Assembly: GCA_016234595.1 (NCBI GenBank)
Contig: JACRBG010000001.1
Span: 10,810 to 74,809, forward strand
Length of the DNA: 64,000 nucleotides
Reading direction: 5' to 3'
Origin: Chloroflexota bacterium
GTDB taxonomy: Bacteria; Chloroflexota; Anaerolineae; Aggregatilineales; J027
The notes under the pieces are model-generated. The model did not search any database and was not told the origin of the DNA. It saw only the letters and a list, made by a program, of their open reading frames with translations. Positions 27,775 through 36,899 of this stretch are shown here, one piece after another; the first letter of the stretch is position 1; each line of letters opens with the position of its first letter. A program made the position numbers and the translations under genes.

Positions 27775-28149
27775 TTATTGTTTTCTGGGTTTGGCAGCCT
27801 TTTTGCGGGGCTTTTTCGGCGGCATCTCGCGGATATATTCAAGGGCGGCCCGCGCAAATCTCTCCCATTGTTCGGCGTGTTGAGGTGGAATTTGTACCCA
27901 GCCTGTCATGACCTTACCCGTTTCCATTGGGTCAAACCCTTTAACCTCCGTCAAAGCCATCGCTTCAGCTAAATCATCTGGCTTCAATTTGACAATCAAA
28001 TCGTCATGATACAGCGCCGCGAACGCATAGCCATTCGCCATCAAATTCGGTGAACCAAACATCTGACGCGGTGTAACCTGCTCGGTAATTACCAGCATAT
28101 CCCGCAGTTCCTCGTAAGCTTTTTTCCCGTCGGGCATCCTTTGCTCCAT
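27775..28149 (-). CDS. TfoX/Sxy N-terminal-domain-like small protein with a Lys/Arg-rich C-terminal tail
   Basis: 124 aa. 'MFGSPNLMANGYAFAALYHDDLIVKLKPDD' resembles the TfoX_N fold consensus. The C-terminus 'PPKKPRKKAAKPRKQ' is highly basic. Assignment is from motif memory only. Confidence 0.45.
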   Translation of the reverse strand: MEQRMPDGKKAYEELRDMLVITEQVTPRQMFGSPNLMANGYAFAALYHDDLIVKLKPDDLAEAMALTEVKGFDPMETGKVMTGWVQIPPQHAEQWERFARAALEYIREMPPKKPRKKAAKPRKQ

Positions 28150-28203
28150 TCCTAGCGATGAAAATCTCTCTACCTATTTTACCCCGAAACAGAAACAAAC
28201 GTT

Positions 28204-29481
28204 CTAGGAGGATTTATCTATCAGAATTTTGGCGACCTGTTCAACAATCACTTGCCCCACTTGTGCTTTGGTCAGAAGCTCATAGCTTTTTTGCCCGCCG
28301 CCCTCATCCAAAATCGTAATTCGATTAGTCTCAACCTCAAATCCTGCATCTGGCGCAGTGATGTCATTAGCTACGATAAAATTGAGACCCTTGCGTTCCA
28401 ATTTCGAGGCTGCGTGGGTCAATAAATCATGGCTTTCGGCAGCAAAACCAACCACACAGCGCGGATAGCCCGTTTGTTGACGAATGGATTTGACCGCCAA
28501 CAAAATATCATCTGTGCGGGCCAGTTCCAAGGTGAGTCCTGTTTGGTTGCCGTCCGATTTTTTGATTTTTTGAGTAGCCACTGTTGCCGGTCGGAAATCA
28601 GCCACGGCTGCTGCCATAATTAACCCATCGGCATTAACCACTGCCTGTTGAACCGCCGCCAACATTTCTGCTGCTGAACCAACCTTGATGTGTACAGCTC
28701 CGGCTGGAACTGGCAAATAATCTACCGTACTAATCAATGTCACCTCAGCCCCGGCGTCTAATGCGGCCTGAGTAACCGTATAGCCCTGCTTGCCGCTAGA
28801 ACGATTCGTGATATAACGTACTGGGTCAATTGCTTCTTTGGTTCCACCTGCCGTCACCACTACCCGTTTCCCTGCCAATAACCCATTTTGAGCCAGTCTT
28901 CGCCGCACCAACCCAAGCAGGGTGGGAGTTTCGGGTAGCCGTCCCTGACCCACTAAGCCTGAGGCAAAACGGCCTACTTCCGGCTCAATGATTTGCACCC
29001 CGCGTGACTGCAAAGTGCTAAGGTTGGCTTGAGTTGCAGCGTGTTGATACATTCCGCCATCCATTGCAGGCGCAATCATGACCGGGCAACGTACCGCCAA
29101 GGCTGTCACCGACAATAAATCATCTGCCAACCCATGCGCCAATTTTGCAATAGTATTGGCTGTCGCCGGGGCTATCAGCAATAAATCCGCCCCTTCGCCA
29201 AGTCCCACATGCGCGATATGGGTCGGTAAGCCACCACTGCTATCAGGTTGCCACAAATCAGTATAAACGGGCCGACCAGTAACCGACTGGAAACTCAACG
29301 GCGTGACAAATTGCCGAGCCGCCTCGGTCGTGATGACATCTACAACTGCCCCCGCTTGGGTTAATTTGCTGGCAAGATCAATGGCTTTATAGGCCGCAAT
29401 ACTCCCCGTCACTCCCAACACAATTCGCTTAGCTTCAATCAGGGCAATTTTTTCTTGAGTCATACTGAATTTCCCTTGCAA
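28204..29481 (-). CDS. coaBC: Bifunctional phosphopantothenoylcysteine decarboxylase / phosphopantothenate-cysteine ligase
   Basis: 425 aa. Flavoprotein N-domain 'RIVLGVTGSIAAYKAIDLASKL' and DFP C-domain 'VVVTAGGTKEAIDPVRYITNRSSGKQG'. The true start may be the internal Met 'MTQEK'. Confidence 0.85.
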   Translation of the reverse strand: MQGKFSMTQEKIALIEAKRIVLGVTGSIAAYKAIDLASKLTQAGAVVDVITTEAARQFVTPLSFQSVTGRPVYTDLWQPDSSGGLPTHIAHVGLGEGADLLLIAPATANTIAKLAHGLADDLLSVTALAVRCPVMIAPAMDGGMYQHAATQANLSTLQSRGVQIIEPEVGRFASGLVGQGRLPETPTLLGLVRRRLAQNGLLAGKRVVVTAGGTKEAIDPVRYITNRSSGKQGYTVTQAALDAGAEVTLISTVDYLPVPAGAVHIKVGSAAEMLAAVQQAVVNADGLIMAAAVADFRPATVATQKIKKSDGNQTGLTLELARTDDILLAVKSIRQQTGYPRCVVGFAAESHDLLTHAASKLERKGLNFIVANDITAPDAGFEVETNRITILDEGGGQKSYELLTKAQVGQVIVEQVAKILIDKSS

Positions 29482-29618
29482 GTGACACTTGGCACATTAT
29501 TCAACTGACTGGCGAAAATCGCCAATGAACAGCCATCTTGTGACTTTTCGCACAATCATCTCACGTAAATGCTAGGCTATGATAGAATGCGTTCAAATTC
29601 AATCATAGGGAGAAATTC

Positions 29619-30422
29619 ATGGCTGCCTCCACGGTACCACAAAAGCCACCATTAAATCGGGAAGAATTACGCGACATCATTGATTTGTCGTTGTGGGCAG
29701 GTCAAATCTTATTACAGCACGGGGCTGAAACCCAGCGGGTCGAAAGCACGGTACATCGGCTTGGAACCAATCTCGGTTGCGAATGGATGGATATTCTAGT
29801 ATCCCCTAACGCCATTGTTGCCACTACGATTAGCGGAGAAGAGTTTCGCACCAAAATTCGGCGGGTCATTGGTCTACAAGTGGATATGACCAAAGTTTCG
29901 GCCATTAATCGCCTCAGCCGTCGGGTCGAAGACGGTGAATTGGATCGCTTTCAGGTACGTTCAGAATTACAACGCATCAGCCAAATCACCTCGCATTACA
30001 AACGCTGGCAAGTGGTGCTGATGGTCGGGATTGCGTGTGCTGCATTCAGCCGCTTGTTTGGCGGGGATGCGATAGTTTTTGGGATGACGTTTTTGGCTTC
30101 TGCCGTCGCCATGTTTGTACGTCAAGAGTTGAACCGACGGCACTTTAATATGTTTCTTGTGGTGATTGTCACGGCCTTTGTCGCCGGATTAATCGCTAGC
30201 CTGCCGAGTGCTTTTGAATGGGGTGATGATCCCCAAATTGCGCTTGCCGCCTCAGTTCTCTTATTAGTCCCCGGCGTCGCCCTCATCAATTCTGTGGATG
30301 ACATTATCAAAGGCCATCTTGTCACAGGGATTACCCGTGGGATTTCCGGTGGATTAATTTCATTAGGCATTGCTTTAGGGTTGTCACTGGCAATGGAGCT
30401 TATGGGGGTCAACGGGCTATGA
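29619..30422 (+). CDS. Threonine/serine exporter family protein, ThrE N-type (YjjP-like)
   Basis: 267 aa. 'LLQHGAETQRVESTVHRLGTNLG' is typical of the ThrE/DUF1212 family, with 5 TM helices in the C-terminal half. Its stop overlaps the next gene's start (ATGA). Confidence 0.7.
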   Translation: MAASTVPQKPPLNREELRDIIDLSLWAGQILLQHGAETQRVESTVHRLGTNLGCEWMDILVSPNAIVATTISGEEFRTKIRRVIGLQVDMTKVSAINRLSRRVEDGELDRFQVRSELQRISQITSHYKRWQVVLMVGIACAAFSRLFGGDAIVFGMTFLASAVAMFVRQELNRRHFNMFLVVIVTAFVAGLIASLPSAFEWGDDPQIALAASVLLLVPGVALINSVDDIIKGHLVTGITRGISGGLISLGIALGLSLAMELMGVNGL

Positions 30423-30901
30423 ACGACCTTGCAGGCATTTCATGGGAAGTCACTCAGGATATGTTTTGGTCAAGCCTCGCCGCTATGGGCTTCGCTATGC
30501 TGTTTAATGTACCCACCCGTACTCTAATTGGCTGCATTGCTTGTGGCGCACTTGGTCATGGCATCCGCACTCTATCGGTTGAACTTGGGGCAACAATTGT
30601 TAGTGGAAGCCTTATCGGGGCAATAGTCATCGGCTTGATGGGCTATCTGTTTGCCCGACGTTGGCACGCTCCAGCAATCGTTTTTACCCTTAGCGGCAGT
30701 ATCCCCCTTGTTCCGGGTCGGTTCGCCTACAGCACTATGTTAAGCCTCATTCAATTGAGTACGGCTGATCCCAAAACAGGCGAAGGTTTATTGGTGCAGG
30801 CCAGTATCAATGGTATCAAAACCATGATGATTTTAGGAGTTATTGCGGCGGGCATCTCTGCGCCAACCCTGCTGTTTGAACGAAGTAAGCCCCCGGTTTA
30901 A
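30419..30901 (+). CDS. Threonine/serine exporter family protein, ThrE_2 type (YjjB-like)
   Basis: 160 aa with 4 TM helices. It is the conserved partner of the preceding YjjP-like gene. Confidence 0.65.
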   Translation: MNDLAGISWEVTQDMFWSSLAAMGFAMLFNVPTRTLIGCIACGALGHGIRTLSVELGATIVSGSLIGAIVIGLMGYLFARRWHAPAIVFTLSGSIPLVPGRFAYSTMLSLIQLSTADPKTGEGLLVQASINGIKTMMILGVIAAGISAPTLLFERSKPPV

Positions 30902-31123
30902 AGCCAACCCCAAAATTTGGGAGACCCAACCAATACAAATCGTCCTATGATGTGTAATTAGCCTCTACCAACTTCACCCTTCCAAATTTTGAAGTGGAGA
31001 GGAAGCTCCGCCCGTATGCTACGGAACACGTGCGGAGTTTTTTGTTATATATCACTTCCAGTAAAAGATATTCGTTGCCTAAAGGAAGTGCATGGCGGTC
31101 ATTTTGTAAAAGGAGCAAGGGCC

Positions 31124-32878
31124 GTGCCAGCCATAATCGCGTTTGTTGTAATTGTTTTACTCTTAATGTTCGTCCCCGTCTTGGTATTGGGCATTGTCGT
31201 CATCAACGAGCGCCAAGTCGGGATTGTCATCAAGAAATTTTCGTTCAAAGGGGATTTACCTGCTGGTAAGCTCATTGCGCTCAACGGTGAAGCCGGGTAT
31301 CAGGCCGACACCCTTGCACCGGGCATCCATCTAGGCCTGTGGCGCTGGCAATATCGTATTCGCAAAATCCCAGTGACAGTTGTGCCCCAAGGTGAAATTG
31401 CCGTAATCGTCGCTGCTGATGGCACATCCATTCCCCCCGAACGCATCTTGGGCAAGGTGGTAGATTGTGATGATTTCCAAAACGCCCGGGCCTTCTTGAC
31501 CAAAGGGGGTGAAAAAGGCCGCCAATTGGGGATATTGACGGCGGGTACTTATCGTATCAATCAGGCTCTTTTCAATATCATCACCTCACAAAATGCCAGT
31601 GTGCAAGGCATTGATCCCGAAAATTTGAAAGTCTATCGTGTCGAACCTGACCGTGTTGGGATTGTAACCACATTAGATGGAACACCCATCGGCGCTGGTG
31701 AGATCGCTGGCCCAATCGTCCCCGGTCACGACAACTTCCAAAATGCCCAAGCCTTTTTGAATGGCGGCGGGCAGCGCGGTTTACAAGAACAAGTCTTGCT
31801 GTCGGGTTCATGGAATTTGAATCCTTGGTTTGTACAGGTCAATCAAGTGCCTATGACCCAAATTCCTATCGGTCATGTCGGGGTGGTGATTTCATATGTA
31901 GGTAAGGCCCACGAGGATGTCAGTGGCATCGAGTTCACACATGGTGATCTGGTCAATGAAGGCCATAAAGGGGTCTGGGTAGCCCCACTATACCCCGGCA
32001 AGCATCCCCTCAACACCGCTATTATGAAAATTGAACTTGTCCCAACCACCAATATTGTCCTGAATTGGGCCATGCGAACCGAGGCGCACAATTACGACTC
32101 TAAGCTGTCGTCCATCACCGTGCGTTCTAAAGATGGGTTCGGCTTTACGCTCGATGTTGCCCAAGTCATTCATGTTGGGGCACTCGACGCACCCAAAGTG
32201 ATTTCGCGGGTGGGGTCAGTCCAAAATCTAGTGGATCATGTTTTGCAGCCTATTGTCGGCAACTATTTCCGCAATGCCGCCCAAAATTATACGGTGCTAG
32301 ATTTCCTAAGTGCCCGTAGCGAACGGCAAGGTGAAGCAACCAACCATATCAAGACTGCCATTAATCAGTATGATGTTCAAGCGATTGACACCCTGATTGG
32401 CGACATTAATCCACCTGCTGAACTGATGCTGACACTGACAGATCGTAAGATTGCGGAGGAACAGCGTAAGACCTATGAAGTTCAACAAGAAGCGCAAAAT
32501 CAACGACAACAATTGGTGCGTGAAACGGCGATGGCTGACATTCAACAGGACATGGTGAAAGCCGAACAAGGCGTGAACATCGCTGAATTAAACGCAAATG
32601 CCGAAATTAAACGTGCAGGTGGTGAGGCCCAAGCCATCCGCGCCACTGGTGAAGCAAAAGCTGCCGCCTATCGGGCAGGCGTGGAATCCTTAGGTGAGCA
32701 AGGCTATGTGGTACTTCAGTTGATGCAAATCGTTGGAGATCAAAAAGTACGGGTCGTTCCCGATGTAGCGGTCAGCGGCACTCAAGGTGGCGCCGGATTA
32801 GTTGATGCGCTGGTTGGCATGATGCTGCGTAATCAGGTTAACGAAGGCAAAGCCCTTCCAAAAACTCCCCAAGCTTAA
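31124..32878 (+). CDS. SPFH/band-7 (flotillin-like) membrane scaffold protein
   Basis: The GTG start at 31124 is preferred because an AAAGGAG RBS lies 9 nt upstream; the longest ORF starts at 30989. N-terminal TM helix, SPFH domain, and a C-terminal coiled-coil rich in Ala/Glu/Gln ('EQRKTYEVQQEAQNQRQQ'). Confidence 0.75.
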   Translation: MPAIIAFVVIVLLLMFVPVLVLGIVVINERQVGIVIKKFSFKGDLPAGKLIALNGEAGYQADTLAPGIHLGLWRWQYRIRKIPVTVVPQGEIAVIVAADGTSIPPERILGKVVDCDDFQNARAFLTKGGEKGRQLGILTAGTYRINQALFNIITSQNASVQGIDPENLKVYRVEPDRVGIVTTLDGTPIGAGEIAGPIVPGHDNFQNAQAFLNGGGQRGLQEQVLLSGSWNLNPWFVQVNQVPMTQIPIGHVGVVISYVGKAHEDVSGIEFTHGDLVNEGHKGVWVAPLYPGKHPLNTAIMKIELVPTTNIVLNWAMRTEAHNYDSKLSSITVRSKDGFGFTLDVAQVIHVGALDAPKVISRVGSVQNLVDHVLQPIVGNYFRNAAQNYTVLDFLSARSERQGEATNHIKTAINQYDVQAIDTLIGDINPPAELMLTLTDRKIAEEQRKTYEVQQEAQNQRQQLVRETAMADIQQDMVKAEQGVNIAELNANAEIKRAGGEAQAIRATGEAKAAAYRAGVESLGEQGYVVLQLMQIVGDQKVRVVPDVAVSGTQGGAGLVDALVGMMLRNQVNEGKALPKTPQA

Positions 32879-32888
32879 TTCCAAATAT

Positions 32889-32921
32889 AAAAAAGGGATG
32901 GTTGAGGCCATCCCTTTTTTA
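32889..32921. terminator. Bidirectional Rho-independent terminator between convergent genes
   Basis: AAAAAA-GGGATGG-ttgagg-CCATCCC-TTTTTT sits between the flotillin gene and the Ser/Thr kinase gene. Confidence 0.5.
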
Positions 32922-34490
32922 TCTCACAACAATCTCTAAAAAGGTAGAGTTGCCCTGAATATTGCCCTGATAGGGAATAAATTCCAAAATATGGCGTCCG
33001 GGTTGTTTTGGTATGTAAATAAACTCCGTTGTGAAGGTTCGTTCCCCACCGGGGGCAGGATTATCATTTGTCTTAGAGTCCAGCTCAAAACCAAACCGCC
33101 GCATCTCGACTGATTTGATGCTGATTGGGTCAGTTGCAGTGACCGAAATAACTACCTGCGACCCAACGGTAAATATGCTTCCGTTGGAGGGTGAAAGTAT
33201 CGTGACTTGAGCCTTTTCACCGGGGACAGGGGTTAATGAGGGCAGCGGTGTAATTATTTGCTGGCTTGATTTCGTATTTTCCTCGCTGGGCAACCACCGA
33301 TCAGGATCAAGGCTGACCACATAGGCCACACCTGCTATAACCCCCATGAGCATAAATACCCATAAACATGAGCGAATTTGACCGCCGCGCTTCTTTTTAT
33401 CTGATTGAATTTTTTGGACAACTGCTTGTGGATAATAGGGTTCGGAATTGCCAGATGGGCGATAGTTGTACGGTTGATTATAGGTCTGTGGCGCAGGTTG
33501 TTGATAAATCTGCGGTGGGCCATATACGGGGGGTGGCATCAGGGGCGGTGTGGATGGATTGGGCGCAGGCAACTGTACCCGACCCGGATTCGTATCCCGC
33601 AGTGCGGCTTGGGGTTCGGCTTTAACAAAACGCGGTGGATTCTGTTGAGCCAGCGTCGGTTGGTTTTGCATCGCCCGCTGAAAGTCTTGGGAAAACTCTC
33701 CTGCCGATTTGTAACGATCCGCCGGAGATTTGGCAAGCGCCTTCATAATCACCATATCCAACGCCTCAGTAATCGCCTGAGCATGGCGACGCATCGGCGG
33801 TGGTGGGTCATTGAGATGTTTATACATCAGTGAATGGGGTGTATCTGCTTCAAAAGGGGGCTTGGCCGTCATCATCAGATACATCAAAATGCCCAACCCA
33901 TACACATCGGTCAACGGGGTGGGGTCTTCGCCACGCCACTGTTCAGGCGCCATATAGGTTGGCGTCCCAATGACATTTCCAGTGGTAGTCAACCCCTCAG
34001 AATTGGGCACATCTAGTTTTGCGATACCGAAATCGGTTAAGAAGGCATCATTTTTTTCGTCTAGCAAAATATTGGTCGGTTTAAGATCGCGGTGAATCAC
34101 ATTTTGGGCATGGGCATAATCCAACGCCGAGGCAACTTGGGCTAACCAACGACCTGCCTGTTCAGGGGAAACTGGCCCATAACGTTTCAAGATTGAAGCC
34201 AACGTTCCACCAGTGACCAAGCGCGTCACCATATAGGGATAGTGACGATCCAAGCCAAAATCCAGCGTTTGCAAAATATGAGGATGGCGCATCCCCGAAG
34301 CAATACGCGCTTCTTGTTCAAAGCGTTTGAGGAACACATCGTTGGTGTCGGCATTGACGTGCATCACTTTAACGGCCACTTCTGGCCCGCCTGTGACATC
34401 ACGCGCCCGGTAAACATCCGACATGCCACCGCGCCCAACGCGATCTATAAGATGATATTTGCTCAGTTGTGAGCCGCTAAGGTCTTCCAT
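32919..34490 (-). CDS. Receptor-type Ser/Thr protein kinase: kinase domain, Pro-rich linker, TM helix, extracellular Ig-like domain
   Basis: 523 aa. Hanks motifs 'GRGGMSDVYRA', 'HRDLKPTNILL', 'DFG' and 'APEQ'. The linker is rich in P/Q/Y. TM helix 'LWVFMLMGVIAGVAYVV'. The C-terminus is a beta-rich domain. Confidence 0.85.
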   Translation of the reverse strand: MEDLSGSQLSKYHLIDRVGRGGMSDVYRARDVTGGPEVAVKVMHVNADTNDVFLKRFEQEARIASGMRHPHILQTLDFGLDRHYPYMVTRLVTGGTLASILKRYGPVSPEQAGRWLAQVASALDYAHAQNVIHRDLKPTNILLDEKNDAFLTDFGIAKLDVPNSEGLTTTGNVIGTPTYMAPEQWRGEDPTPLTDVYGLGILMYLMMTAKPPFEADTPHSLMYKHLNDPPPPMRRHAQAITEALDMVIMKALAKSPADRYKSAGEFSQDFQRAMQNQPTLAQQNPPRFVKAEPQAALRDTNPGRVQLPAPNPSTPPLMPPPVYGPPQIYQQPAPQTYNQPYNYRPSGNSEPYYPQAVVQKIQSDKKKRGGQIRSCLWVFMLMGVIAGVAYVVSLDPDRWLPSEENTKSSQQIITPLPSLTPVPGEKAQVTILSPSNGSIFTVGSQVVISVTATDPISIKSVEMRRFGFELDSKTNDNPAPGGERTFTTEFIYIPKQPGRHILEFIPYQGNIQGNSTFLEIVVR

Positions 34491-34530
34491 AATATTGAAC
34501 TATAGCATAGTGTTTAAAATAGACCACACC

Positions 34531-35415
34531 CTATTCATCGGGGGTTTCAGCGGTGGTAGGGTCTATGGCAATAAATTCCCCTCTAAGACGATATTCCGCC
34601 TGCACCTGTTCCAATGTTGGATTCAGCCATACCGCAAAAGGCCACTCAGCTGCCACTGCTTTATTGAACTTGGCAATCTTATTAATGTCTTGAATCGCTC
34701 CTGCTAGGACGGCTGTTTGCATAAAAGCCACCGCCTTAGGCATAGCCGTAAATGCAAGCGCTACAGTTTCCTGTCCTTCATTTTGCACCACTGCCGCCTC
34801 CCACGCAATCTTATCATCTGGTTTTAAGGCCCACGCAGGTTTATTGGGAGTTTGCCGAATCAATAAATGGATAAAGCGTCCCATTACATCAAATAACTGT
34901 ACGCCTTGCAGTAGCCCCGTCTGATTCTCACCTTCCGCCACTACCGCTACCCGCTCCAACGAGGTCATTTCAGACGTATAGGGCCGTTCACCACGATTCA
35001 AGGCGATTTCGCCCTTTAGCAAACGCTCGGCAAGGATGCGGGCAAAACCAGCTTTTTCTAGGTTGCGCGGGATGATATAGGGAAAAAGCAGAATAAATCG
35101 TCCACCGGGACGTAACACGCGCTTAATTTCTTCCAAGAAAAACTGGATGGTATCAAAACGATCATGGGGTAAAAATGCAATTGCCGCGTCAAGACTGGCA
35201 TCGGCATATTGCCCAATCTCAACAATGGAAGTTTCGATGAGCACCAAATCGGGTCGTTGTGATTGGATAACCCCAATTTCTGGAAAACGGGTTAGGCAAG
35301 CATCCACGTCTAGCAAACGTAGCTCTGAGCCACTGGGAGGGAAGTGCCGAATGACCTCATGTAATAAAGTTTGTCGGGCCGATTCTTGAAAAAATGCTGC
35401 TAAATTCATGCTCAT
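34531..35415 (-). CDS. Hypothetical protein with an N-terminal class-I SAM-methyltransferase-like fold
   Basis: 294 aa. 'LRLLDVDACL...LRPGGRFILLFPY' is reminiscent of a Rossmann methyltransferase fold. The C-terminal half is unassigned. Confidence 0.4.
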   Translation of the reverse strand: MSMNLAAFFQESARQTLLHEVIRHFPPSGSELRLLDVDACLTRFPEIGVIQSQRPDLVLIETSIVEIGQYADASLDAAIAFLPHDRFDTIQFFLEEIKRVLRPGGRFILLFPYIIPRNLEKAGFARILAERLLKGEIALNRGERPYTSEMTSLERVAVVAEGENQTGLLQGVQLFDVMGRFIHLLIRQTPNKPAWALKPDDKIAWEAAVVQNEGQETVALAFTAMPKAVAFMQTAVLAGAIQDINKIAKFNKAVAAEWPFAVWLNPTLEQVQAEYRLRGEFIAIDPTTAETPDE

Positions 35416-35491
35416 GACTCAACCAGTTGTATTTTTAAGTCAGATACACGATTATAGCTTGGGATTCGCATTCACGTTACTGACACCATCA

Positions 35492-36808
35492 ATGAAAAAT
35501 CTGCGCACCTTTTACACACTAGTCATCACCCAAATTTTCTCTTTAATTGGTAGCCGCATGACTGGTATCGGCGTCGGCTTATGGGTATTTGACCGTACCG
35601 GCAACGCTTCACCCCTGCTCATTGCGGCCTTTTTTGCCGAATTACCCGGCATGGCCCTTGGGACTTTTACAGGCTTGCTAGCCGATCGATGGGAACGTCG
35701 CCACGTCATTATACTAGGCGACATTGGGCAAGCTGCGGCTTCTTGCATTCTATTGACCAGTTTTTTGACCCATTCTTTCGAACTATGGCATCTTTATCTC
35801 GCTATGCTGATTCAAGGCATTTTTGGCGTGATTCAATCACCAGCCAGCCAAGCCGCGATTACCATGCTCGTGCCAGAGGATCAACGGGATCGAGCCAATG
35901 GCATCAAACAAATTGGCTTTCCACTAGCCGGAGTCATCGCCCCTGTTTTAGCAGGCTTAGTTTATCGAGAAGTTGGATTAGCCGGGGTCATTGCAATTGA
36001 CCTGACCACCTTTCTGATCGCTGTGGTCGTCGTCACCCAAATGACCATTCCTCGACCATTACAATCTACGGAAAGTCAGACCCTAGCCACTAGTTTTTGG
36101 CGTGAAATGGCAGGTGGGTGGCTATTTCTGAAAAACCGCAAAATGTTGTTGTTAATGGTCACCTATCTGGCCTTGATCTATTTCCTGATTAATGGCCCGT
36201 TGGAACTTGCCATCCCCTATTTCAGCACTCTAGTCAACAACGATGCAATCATTGGCCTTTTGTTAGGAGTTATGAGTCTTGGCGCTTTCGCCGGGGCACT
36301 GACCATTGCGGTTGTTGGCAAAGTGCCCCATCGTCTCTACGCCATCTTACTCGGTTATCTCATGCACGGTCTATGCCTGATTTTGTTCGGTCTTGTCCGG
36401 CATCCTATTTTGCTAGGCTTGAGCATTTTCTGGGTCATGTTCCCCTTACCCCTTACAGGCGCATTGTTTCACACACTCTTGCAGACCAAAACCCCACCCG
36501 ATATGCAGGGGCGCGTTTTTGCCGTCACTGATCAGTTGTTTATGCTGACTACACCGCTCTCTTTTCTCATTACCGGAGCGTTGGTGGATAAAGTCCTTGA
36601 ACCAGCCGTAGGAACCTCCGCTTGGCAGCTATTTACCCCCCTCTTGGGTAATCAAGCCGGGGCAGGTATGGGCCTCTTGTTGGTGATTATTGGTTTACTG
36701 ATTTCAATTGCCACTTTGATCATGCTGGCCTTGCATGGGATTCGTCACCTCGAAACTGATTTACCAAGCTATGCGGCACTAGCTGAAAATGAGAATGACC
36801 CCTCGTAA
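35492..36808 (+). CDS. MFS transporter (EntS/MFS_3-like)
   Basis: Twelve predicted TM helices. 'GLLADRWERRHVIILGD' matches the MFS loop 2-3 motif. The start at 35492 ('MKNLRTF') is preferred over the longest-ORF start at 35408, which would overlap the divergent upstream gene. Confidence 0.7.
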   Translation: MKNLRTFYTLVITQIFSLIGSRMTGIGVGLWVFDRTGNASPLLIAAFFAELPGMALGTFTGLLADRWERRHVIILGDIGQAAASCILLTSFLTHSFELWHLYLAMLIQGIFGVIQSPASQAAITMLVPEDQRDRANGIKQIGFPLAGVIAPVLAGLVYREVGLAGVIAIDLTTFLIAVVVVTQMTIPRPLQSTESQTLATSFWREMAGGWLFLKNRKMLLLMVTYLALIYFLINGPLELAIPYFSTLVNNDAIIGLLLGVMSLGAFAGALTIAVVGKVPHRLYAILLGYLMHGLCLILFGLVRHPILLGLSIFWVMFPLPLTGALFHTLLQTKTPPDMQGRVFAVTDQLFMLTTPLSFLITGALVDKVLEPAVGTSAWQLFTPLLGNQAGAGMGLLLVIIGLLISIATLIMLALHGIRHLETDLPSYAALAENENDPS

Positions 36809-36899
36809 AAATAGCTATACAAACACTCTATTTTGTTATATGATAGGATTGAACCATAGTGAACCTTAGAAATTTTTAGATACACAAGGTATTATTGTA

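Noticed and set aside
30989-31123. The 45 extra N-terminal codons of the longest flotillin ORF ('MKWRGSSARMLRNTCGV...')
   Set aside because: The extension is Cys/Arg-rich and not membrane- or SPFH-like. A canonical AAAGGAG RBS precedes the internal GTG at 31124, which begins directly with the TM helix.
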